A DNA stretch of 64,000 bases, taken from contig CAYMPD010000001.1 in assembly GCA_964392445.1 (NCBI GenBank), positions 61,030 through 125,029 of the forward strand, given 5' to 3'. Within the stretch, counting starts at the first letter, position 1; every line of letters starts with the position of its first letter. Of this stretch, positions 17,499 through 25,862 are shown piece by piece. This DNA comes from an uncultured archaeon. GTDB taxonomy: Archaea > Aenigmatarchaeota > Aenigmatarchaeia > CG10238-14. The notes under the pieces were generated by a model that was not told where the DNA came from, searched no databases, and saw only the letters and a list, made by a program, of their open reading frames with translations. The position numbers and the translations under genes were made by a program.

Positions 17499-17669
17499 AT
17501 GGAAGAAAATTTTATCAGAAGGGTGAGAAAAAGTGGTTCAAGCCACTGTATTAATATTCCAGTAGAGATAGTAAATTTACTCAACCTGGATGATGGAGAA
17601 TTAGTAAAAGTTACAATTAAAAAAATACGAAAGGAGGTGAGTGATGATGCCGAAACACAAAGTGATTGA
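17499..17669 (+). CDS. Small AbrB/SpoVT-type DNA-binding protein (56 aa)
   Basis: Hand translation contains RKSGSSHCINIPVEIVNLLNLDDGELVKVTI, an AbrB signature. Not in the ORF track. Confidence 0.7.
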   Translation: MEENFIRRVRKSGSSHCINIPVEIVNLLNLDDGELVKVTIKKIRKEVSDDAETQSD

Positions 17670-17886
17670 ATACGGGACTGAAACGTGCCCCTGGTGTCAT
17701 AGAGCAAGAGAATTCTTTGAGGAGAATGAGATTAAGTACAAGTACATAGATGTGGGGAAGGACAGAAAAGCAGCAAAAGAAATGATTGAGAAGACAGGTC
17801 AAAGAGGAGTACCAGTGATTGAAATAGATGGGGAATTTATTGTTGGGTTTGATGAGAAAAAGATTAGGGAGAAGTTAGGTCTGTAA
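17644..17886 (+). CDS. Glutaredoxin / NrdH-like redoxin
   Basis: CPWC active site, GQRGVPVI and VGFD motifs. SD GGAGGTGA. Confidence 0.88.
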   Translation: MMPKHKVIEYGTETCPWCHRAREFFEENEIKYKYIDVGKDRKAAKEMIEKTGQRGVPVIEIDGEFIVGFDEKKIREKLGL

Positions 17887-17900
17887 AAATATCCTTTATT

Positions 17901-18596
17901 TTAACCTAAAACCCGCCTAAGAATTTTAGAAAGACTATAGCAAAGAAAAGGTTCCACTAATAAATAACTTTTTCCAATTTTTCGAACAGCTTTTTTTGTA
18001 CCCTTTCTTTCACTATTCCCAACGAAAATTACTGGAGTTCCTCTATTAGGTCCCCTTTGCCTTATTCTTTCTGCAACATAAAACCCAGAAGTCCAGTATA
18101 ATCTTTGCATATGCATTTTTCTTGCTACATCTAAAGAGAGATTAGGAACGTCCCTTTCTACTAATTCTGCAATTCTTCTTTGTATTGGCCGGGTATCTGC
18201 GTATCTTTCGTTCTCCCTAAAAAGTCTTTTTAATTCTCTCCTTGTTTCTGGAGAAAATTCGCTTGAATCCAGTTCGGAGTCTGGCCCAAGAGTTAAAGAC
18301 ATCATTAAAAGATCGAATGGGGGTTCCGCCTTTGGGAAATGTGTTTTTCCGAAAGCATAAGCTTCGAAAGGGTATACAGTTTCTGATATATCTCCTCCAG
18401 ATTCTAATTCTGGTTTCCAACAAATTCCCAGAATGATGAGGTCCCAGGGTTCTTTCCATAGTCTTTGAACTGTGTCTGGGTACATTGAATAATCCAAGCT
18501 AGAATATCTTGATATTGTATTTTTATATTCATCCAACCTTTCTTCATCTCTCAATAAACCTACTTCATAGTCTGCCCAAAAGGTTCTAGGGGACAT
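17901..18596 (-). CDS. Degenerate receiver-like (CheY fold) protein with an insertion
   Basis: FWADYE..., WDLIILG (acceptor Asp replaced by Gly), TPVIFV and YLLVEPF. Confidence 0.45.
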   Translation of the reverse strand: MSPRTFWADYEVGLLRDEERLDEYKNTISRYSSLDYSMYPDTVQRLWKEPWDLIILGICWKPELESGGDISETVYPFEAYAFGKTHFPKAEPPFDLLMMSLTLGPDSELDSSEFSPETRRELKRLFRENERYADTRPIQRRIAELVERDVPNLSLDVARKMHMQRLYWTSGFYVAERIRQRGPNRGTPVIFVGNSERKGTKKAVRKIGKSYLLVEPFLCYSLSKILRRVLG

Positions 18597-18705
18597 ACTA
18601 TGAAAAACTGGAAAATTAAATATTTAAACCCAATCTTTATAAGATAAACACCCAACCCACAAAAAATAAGTCTATCCTTACCAATAATTATATCTTAGGT
18701 GAACA

Positions 18706-19680
18706 TTGATGTATGACGTAATAATAATTGGGGGAGGACCTGCGGGTCTAACGGCTGGTATTTATGCTATAAGAAGAACATTGAAAACTTTAATTATAAG
18801 TGAAGAATTTGGTGGTGTGGTTGCCACTGTCCCCTCGATTGAAAATTATCCTGGGTTCAAGGAGATTAGTGGAAGGGATCTGATGAAAAGAATGGTGGAG
18901 CAAACCAAAAATTTAGGAGTGGAAACTGTTAGCAGTGAGTCCGCAAGAGAGATAATTGAAAAGAAAGATAAATTTATAATAAAAACAGAAGTGAGTGAGT
19001 ATGAAGCCAAAGCTGTTATACTTGCATTTGGGAGATCGCCTAGACACTTAGATGTTCCGGGGGAAGATGAATTTGAAAATAAAGGTGTCTCTTACTGTGT
19101 TAACTGTGATGGCCCGCTTTTCAAGGACGAAGTTGTTTGTACTGTTGGAGGTGGAAATGCTGCTTTGGACGCTGCTTTAATGATGAGTGAGATTGCAAAG
19201 AAAGTTTATGTAATCCACAGGAGAGATGAGTTCCGTGGGTTTGAAGCGTTTGTAAATAAGATAAAAAATAAAGACAATGTGGAATTTGTTCTGGATTCGG
19301 TTGTTAAGGAATTCAAAGGGGATAAGATGTTGAAATCAGTAATAGTTGAGAATGTTAAAACCAAAGAGACAAGAGAGTTAGAAGTAGCAGGATCTTTCAT
19401 CGAGATAGGTTCTGTGGTAGAGAGTGATTTTGTTAAGCATCTGGTTAAAGTTAATGATAGTAGACTCATAGTAGTTAATAAGAATTGTCAGACTTTTTAC
19501 CCAGATTCAGATAAAGTGAGGCCTGGAATATTTGCTGCAGGAGATGTTACAGATAATCCCTTCAAACAAATCGTGGTTGCTACTGGACAAGGAGCTATTG
19601 CCGCATTAGAAGCTTACAATTATGTTCAAGGTAGAGAAGGAGAACTTTATGCTGATTGGGGACATAAAAAGGAAAAATAA
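18706..19680 (+). CDS. trxB: Thioredoxin reductase
   Basis: GGGPAGLTA, SYCVNCDG, VGGGNAA and FAAGDVT motifs. Confidence 0.92.
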   Translation: MMYDVIIIGGGPAGLTAGIYAIRRTLKTLIISEEFGGVVATVPSIENYPGFKEISGRDLMKRMVEQTKNLGVETVSSESAREIIEKKDKFIIKTEVSEYEAKAVILAFGRSPRHLDVPGEDEFENKGVSYCVNCDGPLFKDEVVCTVGGGNAALDAALMMSEIAKKVYVIHRRDEFRGFEAFVNKIKNKDNVEFVLDSVVKEFKGDKMLKSVIVENVKTKETRELEVAGSFIEIGSVVESDFVKHLVKVNDSRLIVVNKNCQTFYPDSDKVRPGIFAAGDVTDNPFKQIVVATGQGAIAALEAYNYVQGREGELYADWGHKKEK

Positions 19681-19696
19681 AGGAGGTTGTTGGATT

Positions 19697-20797
19697 ATGA
19701 TGAAATTAGAAGTTAAACAAGATGAATGGGGGCCTGAAAAGATTCTGTCAGTTTACGATCCTAAAACTGGGATGAAAGGATTTACGGTCATAGATAACAC
19801 TGTCAGAGGGCCTGGTAAAGGAGGAATAAGAATGGTTTCTGATGTTACTGTGGGTGAAGTGTTTAAATTAGCAAGAGCAATGACTTGGAAAAATGCTTTA
19901 GCGGACTTACCATTTGGCGGTGCAAAGTCGGGGATAATTTGGGACGGAAAACAAGACAAAAAAGTTTTAATGAGAGCTTTCGCCCGTGCAATCAAACCAG
20001 TAGTTCCAAGTGAATATGTTGCTGGACCTGATATGAATACTACTGAAAAGGAGATGGCCGCATTTGCAGATGAGATAGGAAATATGAAAGCTTCAACGGG
20101 AAAACCGTCAGAAATGGGTGGTTTACCACATGAATTGGGTTCAACGGGGTTTGGAGTTGCTGAATCAACTGAGGTAACTGTTGAACATCTTGGTTGGGAT
20201 ATGGATGATTTAACTGTGGCAATAGAAGGGTTTGGGAATGTAGGGACTTTTACAGCGAAATTTTTATCAGAGAAAGGAGCAAAAATAGTTGCTGTTTCTG
20301 ATTCCAAGGGGACAATATATAATAAAGATGGGATGGATGCTGAAAAACTAATCAAAGTAAAAACTGAGACTAAGGCTGTAAAGAATTATGGTGATGGTAA
20401 AGTATTGCCCCCAGAAAAATTGTTTGAACTTCCTGTGGATATTCTAATCCCAGGCGCAAGACCAAATGTTATAACAGATAAAAACAAAGAAAAAGTCCAA
20501 GCAAAAATAATCGTAGAAGCAGCAAACATACCAATTCCCGAGTCGGTCGAAGAATGGTTTCACCAAAAAGGTGTTCTAGTAGTTCCAGATTTTGTGGTCA
20601 ATGCTGGTGGAGTGATATCAAGTTATGTGGAGTTTATTGGTGGTAATGAAGAGAAGATGTTTAAAACAATCAGAGAAAAAGTGAGACGTAATAGTGAATT
20701 GGTTCTGAAGAGATCTAGAAAAGAGGGAGAAGTTCCAAGAGAATCTGCGTTAGCTATTGCTCAGGAAAGAGTCAGACAAGCGATGGAAAATAGATAG
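19697..20797 (+). CDS. gdhA: Glu/Leu/Phe/Val dehydrogenase (glutamate dehydrogenase-like)
   Basis: GPGKGGIR, MTWKNA..GGAKSG, AGPDMNT, EGFGNVG and PDFVVNAGGV motifs. Start moved to ATG 19697 after SD AGGAGG. Confidence 0.88.
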   Translation: MMKLEVKQDEWGPEKILSVYDPKTGMKGFTVIDNTVRGPGKGGIRMVSDVTVGEVFKLARAMTWKNALADLPFGGAKSGIIWDGKQDKKVLMRAFARAIKPVVPSEYVAGPDMNTTEKEMAAFADEIGNMKASTGKPSEMGGLPHELGSTGFGVAESTEVTVEHLGWDMDDLTVAIEGFGNVGTFTAKFLSEKGAKIVAVSDSKGTIYNKDGMDAEKLIKVKTETKAVKNYGDGKVLPPEKLFELPVDILIPGARPNVITDKNKEKVQAKIIVEAANIPIPESVEEWFHQKGVLVVPDFVVNAGGVISSYVEFIGGNEEKMFKTIREKVRRNSELVLKRSRKEGEVPRESALAIAQERVRQAMENR

Positions 20798-20851
20798 TCC
20801 TCAAATTACCAAGAATAAAAATCCAAAAAACAAATACTAGTAAGAATTCAA

Positions 20852-21532
20852 ATGAAACTAGTATTATTTTCAAAAACAGAAATTGAAGAAGAACTTAAGC
20901 AAGAAATTAAAGATTATGGTTTTGAATATTCTGAAAAAAACCCAAATTTTGTAATAAGTATGGGTGGTGATGGGACTTATTTAAGATCTGAAAGACAGTG
21001 GCCTGGTATTCCTAAGTTAATTGTAAAACAAAATAGTATCTGCAGGAAGTGTGAGACCGATACGTTAGAGAAAGCACTTGAGAAATTAAAGAAAGGTAAG
21101 TTTGAGATAAAAGAAAACATCAAACTAGAAGCTAGGATAAGAAGAAAAAAAGTAACCTGTGTGAACGAATTCTCGATCAGAAACATGTACGCGACAACCG
21201 CTATAAGGTTCTATTTGTGGATAAATGAAGAAAGAACAGACGAAATAATTGGAGATGGGGTAATAATTGCAACGCCATTCGGTTCAACAGGTTATTACAA
21301 ATCAGTGGGTGGAAAAGAGTTTAAAGAAGGGATAGGAATAAGTTTTAACAACCCAACAGAAAAAATGAAGCATTTAGTAGTTCCAGAGGACTCAGAAATA
21401 AAAGTAAAGGTAATAAGGGAAGATGCCGTTTTTAATTCGGATAATGACCCAAGAGTTATTCTTCTTAAAAAAGATGAGGTTGTTAAAATTAAAAAAAGTA
21501 AAAAGGTTGCAAAGCTCGTTGATATAAGATAG
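20852..21532 (+). CDS. nadK: NAD(+) kinase
   Basis: GGDGT, NE and GDGVIIATPFGSTGYYKSVGG motifs. Confidence 0.88.
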   Translation: MKLVLFSKTEIEEELKQEIKDYGFEYSEKNPNFVISMGGDGTYLRSERQWPGIPKLIVKQNSICRKCETDTLEKALEKLKKGKFEIKENIKLEARIRRKKVTCVNEFSIRNMYATTAIRFYLWINEERTDEIIGDGVIIATPFGSTGYYKSVGGKEFKEGIGISFNNPTEKMKHLVVPEDSEIKVKVIREDAVFNSDNDPRVILLKKDEVVKIKKSKKVAKLVDIR

Positions 21533-21571
21533 AAAAGCAATCGATAAATAATTAAAGAATAATTCTTTGGT

Positions 21572-21796
21572 ATGAACTTGCGTTTGATTGGGTTTGGGGG
21601 TTTATTAGGCGTAGTTGTATTTTTATTTAGTCAGCTTTTATTGATTTCCTGGACTGGAGAGGCGATTTTCACTGAACCACACAGTGGTATATTAATGGGA
21701 GAATTGATTCTATTGGTACTTTTAATGGTATTTACCTCATTTCTGCTAGTAGAAGAGCTTAAAAACGGGGGAAGGAGTTTAAAAAGGTTGAAATAA
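21572..21796 (+). CDS. Small two-TM membrane protein
   Basis: Two hydrophobic helices in 74 aa. Confidence 0.55.
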   Translation: MNLRLIGFGGLLGVVVFLFSQLLLISWTGEAIFTEPHSGILMGELILLVLLMVFTSFLLVEELKNGGRSLKRLK

Positions 21797-21846
21797 AAGA
21801 CTTAAATATGTTTTTAGTGATAATAGTAGTAAATCTGTGATTGAAA

Positions 21847-22902
21847 ATGGCCAAGAAAAAATCTAAAGAAGATAAAAAGGTCTTTACAATTAAAATTCCT
21901 TCTTTTAGCTTAAAGCACGTTATCATTGTACTTGGTATTTTACTTGCTGTTAGCGCATTTTTCAATTTTAGAGGAGGTTGTTTTGGTACAGGTGCTTTAG
22001 TTAAGCCATCTCCTCTTGAAGGTAAACTAACAGAAAAGGAGGTAAGTGATAAGGCTGTTGATTATATAAACAATAATCTAGTGGCAACAGGTGAAGTTAC
22101 ATTGGTTTCTATGGAGGAAACTAATGGCATGTATAAACTAACTACTTCTTATCAAGGTCAAGAAATTCCTATTTATGCTACTTTGGATGGTAATTACATG
22201 TTCTTGCCTCAAGGTACAATTAACCTGGAAGAAACACCTGAAACCACGGAACCTGAAGAGCAGGAACCACCTGAGGTACCAAAACAAGATGAAGTTGTAG
22301 CTAATGCGTTTATTATGAGTTATTGTCCTTATGGTTTACAATTTTTGAAAGCTTATGTTCCAGTTATGGAATTACTTGGTGATAAAGCCGATATACAAGT
22401 GAATTTTGTTGATTATGCCATGCACGATAAACAGGAACTCGATGAAAATAGCAGGATGTATTGTATACAAAAAGAACAGGAAGATAAATTTACTGAATAT
22501 CTTAGATGTTTTATCGTTGAAGGCGATTATGAAGGGTGTATTGAAGAAGTTGGAATAGAAGAAGCCACTTTGAATGAATGTATAATTTCACTTGACGAGG
22601 AATATAAAATCACAGAACTTTATGAAGATAGAAGTACCTGGTCAAACGGCCAATTCCCAATGTACCCAGTAGAAACAGAACTTAATGAACTATACGGTGT
22701 CAGAGGATCACCAACATTTGTTGTTAATGGTCAAGCTGTAAGTGTTAACAGATCACCAGAAGCGATAAAAGATGCTATTTGTGCAGGATTTAATACACCA
22801 CCAGAAGAATGTGAACAGGAATTGAGTACAACTGCAGAACAACCAAGCTTTGGTGCCATTGGTTCAGGAAGTGGAGGCAGTGATTCCACAGCCCAATGCT
22901 AA
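21847..22902 (+). CDS. Membrane-anchored extracellular thioredoxin-fold (DsbA-like) protein
   Basis: TM helix, FIMSYCPYG and GVRGSPTFVVNG motifs. Confidence 0.72.
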   Translation: MAKKKSKEDKKVFTIKIPSFSLKHVIIVLGILLAVSAFFNFRGGCFGTGALVKPSPLEGKLTEKEVSDKAVDYINNNLVATGEVTLVSMEETNGMYKLTTSYQGQEIPIYATLDGNYMFLPQGTINLEETPETTEPEEQEPPEVPKQDEVVANAFIMSYCPYGLQFLKAYVPVMELLGDKADIQVNFVDYAMHDKQELDENSRMYCIQKEQEDKFTEYLRCFIVEGDYEGCIEEVGIEEATLNECIISLDEEYKITELYEDRSTWSNGQFPMYPVETELNELYGVRGSPTFVVNGQAVSVNRSPEAIKDAICAGFNTPPEECEQELSTTAEQPSFGAIGSGSGGSDSTAQC

Positions 22903-22936
22903 AACTAATTAATTTCTGATTGTAATTATTCTAATT

Positions 22937-23212
22937 ATGAAGTCAAGGCTACATTGTTTTATCTCAGGTAGGGTTCAAGGAGTACGTTTTAGATCTTATA
23001 CAAAAAAGAGTGCTGAGAGATTGGGGCTGAAAGGTTGGGTTAAGAATTTGTCCGACGGAAGAGTGGAAAGTGTAGCTGAAGGAGAAAAGAAGAAGTTAGA
23101 GAAATTTATTAAACTTCTGGAGAGGGGTTCTATGTTATCTAGGGTAGATGAAGTAAAAGTTGATTGGGGGGATTATACCGGTTCTTTCTCAAAATTTAGG
23201 ATAGTTTACTAA
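22937..23212 (+). CDS. acyP: Acylphosphatase
   Basis: GRVQGVRFR and GWVKNLSDGRVE motifs. Confidence 0.92.
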   Translation: MKSRLHCFISGRVQGVRFRSYTKKSAERLGLKGWVKNLSDGRVESVAEGEKKKLEKFIKLLERGSMLSRVDEVKVDWGDYTGSFSKFRIVY

Positions 23213-23230
23213 TTTTATAACTACTTAACA

Positions 23231-23953
23231 GTGGTATTTAAATTTCTAACTGGTTATTTTACCCATATGGGAAAACTTTTGTTGCTCTTAAAAGCTACTT
23301 TAATTGTTTTAATCCCTCTTTTAGTCGCGATTCTGTATGGAATTTTTATAGGAAATGTAAATGTTAACAGCCAAGAAACTTATGAGGTTGAAGAGAATTT
23401 ATGTGAGATACCAGAAGATGCTCCTGAAGATCAGGTAATAATAGATTTTTTAGAGAAGAGTTATGAAAGTGTTATTAATCAAAAAGATGGGAATATTCCT
23501 ATGGTAGTTTTTGAGCAAAGACTAGAGTATGCTACTGATTATAGACCTGAAATTAGTGATTACCTAGAAACTAGGGGTTATCGATATCAGTTGCCAACAG
23601 AAGCGCAAAAAACCCTGGAAGGATTAGTCGAAGAAGATAGTTATTCTAAGACCGTTAATAACATTCACAATTGGATAATTGAAAATATAGACTATAACTA
23701 CAACAGAAACTGGTATACAGCAGAATCAACTTGGGAGGAGAAGGCAGCTAACTGTAACGGGATTAGTTTTTTGAGTTGTGGGATGATGAGGGAAGTGGGG
23801 ATACCTTGTATAGTTGTTGCTAACCATGACCACGCTTGGACTGAATATTTGTATGTGGATGATCAAGGAAGATTGGTTTGGAACGTGTGGGACCAAGGGT
23901 TAGAAGGTTATCCTGTTCTTGGTAATAATGTTTATGAGTATGATTTGGATTAG
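23231..23953 (+). CDS. Transglutaminase-like domain protein with N-terminal TM
   Basis: HNWIIENIDY, ANCNG and HAWTE Cys-His catalytic motifs. Confidence 0.75.
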   Translation: MVFKFLTGYFTHMGKLLLLLKATLIVLIPLLVAILYGIFIGNVNVNSQETYEVEENLCEIPEDAPEDQVIIDFLEKSYESVINQKDGNIPMVVFEQRLEYATDYRPEISDYLETRGYRYQLPTEAQKTLEGLVEEDSYSKTVNNIHNWIIENIDYNYNRNWYTAESTWEEKAANCNGISFLSCGMMREVGIPCIVVANHDHAWTEYLYVDDQGRLVWNVWDQGLEGYPVLGNNVYEYDLD

Positions 23954-23955
23954 AA

Positions 23956-24846
23956 TTATTTAGTCGTCACAATAGGTTTATCCTGAACAATAACGGTTTC
24001 TTCGTGTTGTGCAACCTTGGCTTCGGATTTTTCACGTAGAGGTGGGTATCCTCTTATTACTCCACGATTTTCAAGTTCTCTTAAAGCTAGGTGAAGTCTT
24101 AATGGGGTTGTGACATCTTTTAACCATCTCTTTGCAAAAGGTAGAGTCTTGTATTCTTCTCCTATTTTTTCGATTATTTTTCTTGATTCTCTTAATCTAA
24201 CTGGAGCTAGTTGGTTGAACATGTAAATTAGGGTGGGAGATGATTCTTTTACCATTCCTTCTCCTCGGGTGGTAAACACTTCCATTCCTAGAACACTATC
24301 TTCGGGGATTAGTTGATCACTTGGGATTTTGCCATTGGGGATTGATAGTTCACCATGCTGCAGATATTGTCCGACACTGTGTCCTGCAAGATTACGGATT
24401 GGTTTAACTCCATGAGAAAGAACTACTTCCTCTATCAACTCAGAAATCTCACCAACTGTCTTACCCGGTCTTATTTCTTTTGTGACCTGATCTACTGCGT
24501 CCTTTGAAGCTTCAATTAAATCATTGTCCTGTCCACCAATACTAACTGTTGTAGCAGCATCAGCAATATAACCATCAACATGAACACCTATGTCAACCTT
24601 CACCAAATCTCCATCCTTGAGAGTGAGGGTATCATCAATATCAGGAGTATAGTGGGCGGCTATGTCATTGATTGAAAGATTAATTGGAAATGCTATTCCT
24701 GCTCCTTTGTCCTTAATCATTTTTTCTATTTTTTCTCCTAATTCCAGAACACTTACTCCCTCCTTGACTTGTTTCAGTGTTAATTTCCTGACTTCTTTAT
24801 GTATTTCTCCAGCCTTTCTATAATTTTTAAGAACTTCTTTTTCCAC
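23956..24846 (-). CDS. map: Methionine aminopeptidase type II
   Basis: AAHYTP, KVDIGVHVDGYIADAA, NLAGH, E and AQHEETV motifs. Confidence 0.95.
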   Translation of the reverse strand: MEKEVLKNYRKAGEIHKEVRKLTLKQVKEGVSVLELGEKIEKMIKDKGAGIAFPINLSINDIAAHYTPDIDDTLTLKDGDLVKVDIGVHVDGYIADAATTVSIGGQDNDLIEASKDAVDQVTKEIRPGKTVGEISELIEEVVLSHGVKPIRNLAGHSVGQYLQHGELSIPNGKIPSDQLIPEDSVLGMEVFTTRGEGMVKESSPTLIYMFNQLAPVRLRESRKIIEKIGEEYKTLPFAKRWLKDVTTPLRLHLALRELENRGVIRGYPPLREKSEAKVAQHEETVIVQDKPIVTTK

Positions 24847-24936
24847 TATATCAACTCCATGACTATTTAGTTACTAATATTGAAATAATAATAATAATAA
24901 TAATAAACGATGTATAATTAATTGTTAGGTGTGGTA

Positions 24937-25851
24937 ATGGGAAAAGGTCAGATGTCGATTCAAATGATTGTTGCCCTTGTTATACTTCTTGTTGTAGCTG
25001 TTGTCACGATTAGAGTGTTTCTTAAAAAAATGGGGGAAGCAGAACAGCCCCAACAAAATATGAAGGAGATTATTCGGGATATAGGCTTTGAAGGTCAGTG
25101 TGAGAGACTTTGTAACGAGTATAAACTCGACGAATCAACAGCTGCTCTGGCCAAATACTGTTATACTAAGTTGGAAGGGGATACTGATCTAAACAATAAT
25201 GGATTAGTGGACAGTTTTAATGCTAATACCAAGGTTCTTCCGATTTGTGAGGACGGAGTTTATTGTTTTCATGTGGTTGAATGCAAGACCAATACTGGCG
25301 TTGTTGACTGGGAGGATTGTAGGAAGACTGTTTGTGATGAGTACTCGAAGATTGATGGCGTTGATGTTGATGGTAAGGTGAAAGAATTGTTTCCAAGTGA
25401 AGGGAGTTGTGATTTACCTAGAGGTGAGAATTGGTGGGATATGTACTTTGGACCGATACCATGTAGTTTTCCTCCTGGGATTCTTGGGTTGAAGGATTGT
25501 TCTTATGATAGTGATACTGATGAGTTAATTTGTACGACTAATTGTGGTTCTGATCCAGATCCAGAGATTGTGGTTGTTTTGACGGATACCGATGCTGATC
25601 CTGTTTGGAGTGCTGTTATGAATGTGACTCACCAATTTTTAATGGGTCCCGATGGGGAAGAAGATTTTTCGGGCGGAGAGATAATAACATTTGATGAAGA
25701 TGAGAATGAAATAAAAGTGGAGAATCTTGTTAGTAATTGTAGTAAAGATGTTAATTTTGATTTTACTGATCGGGATGATTGGTTTGTTTTTCTTGTTTCT
25801 ACTGGTTTTCCACCGGAGTATGATATTGCTTATGTACAGGGAGTTGAGTGA
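24937..25851 (+). CDS. Type IV pilin-like protein (class III signal peptide) with Cys-rich domain
   Basis: MGKG|QMSIQMIVALVILLVVAVVTI prepilin-type N-terminus and many paired Cys. Confidence 0.7.
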   Translation: MGKGQMSIQMIVALVILLVVAVVTIRVFLKKMGEAEQPQQNMKEIIRDIGFEGQCERLCNEYKLDESTAALAKYCYTKLEGDTDLNNNGLVDSFNANTKVLPICEDGVYCFHVVECKTNTGVVDWEDCRKTVCDEYSKIDGVDVDGKVKELFPSEGSCDLPRGENWWDMYFGPIPCSFPPGILGLKDCSYDSDTDELICTTNCGSDPDPEIVVVLTDTDADPVWSAVMNVTHQFLMGPDGEEDFSGGEIITFDEDENEIKVENLVSNCSKDVNFDFTDRDDWFVFLVSTGFPPEYDIAYVQGVE

Positions 25852-25862
25852 AGTGAGGTTTA

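Noticed and set aside
24881-24905. (AAT)n microsatellite upstream of the pilin gene as a phase-variation switch
   Set aside because: Short AT-rich repeats are expected at this base composition, and there is no evidence of length variation.
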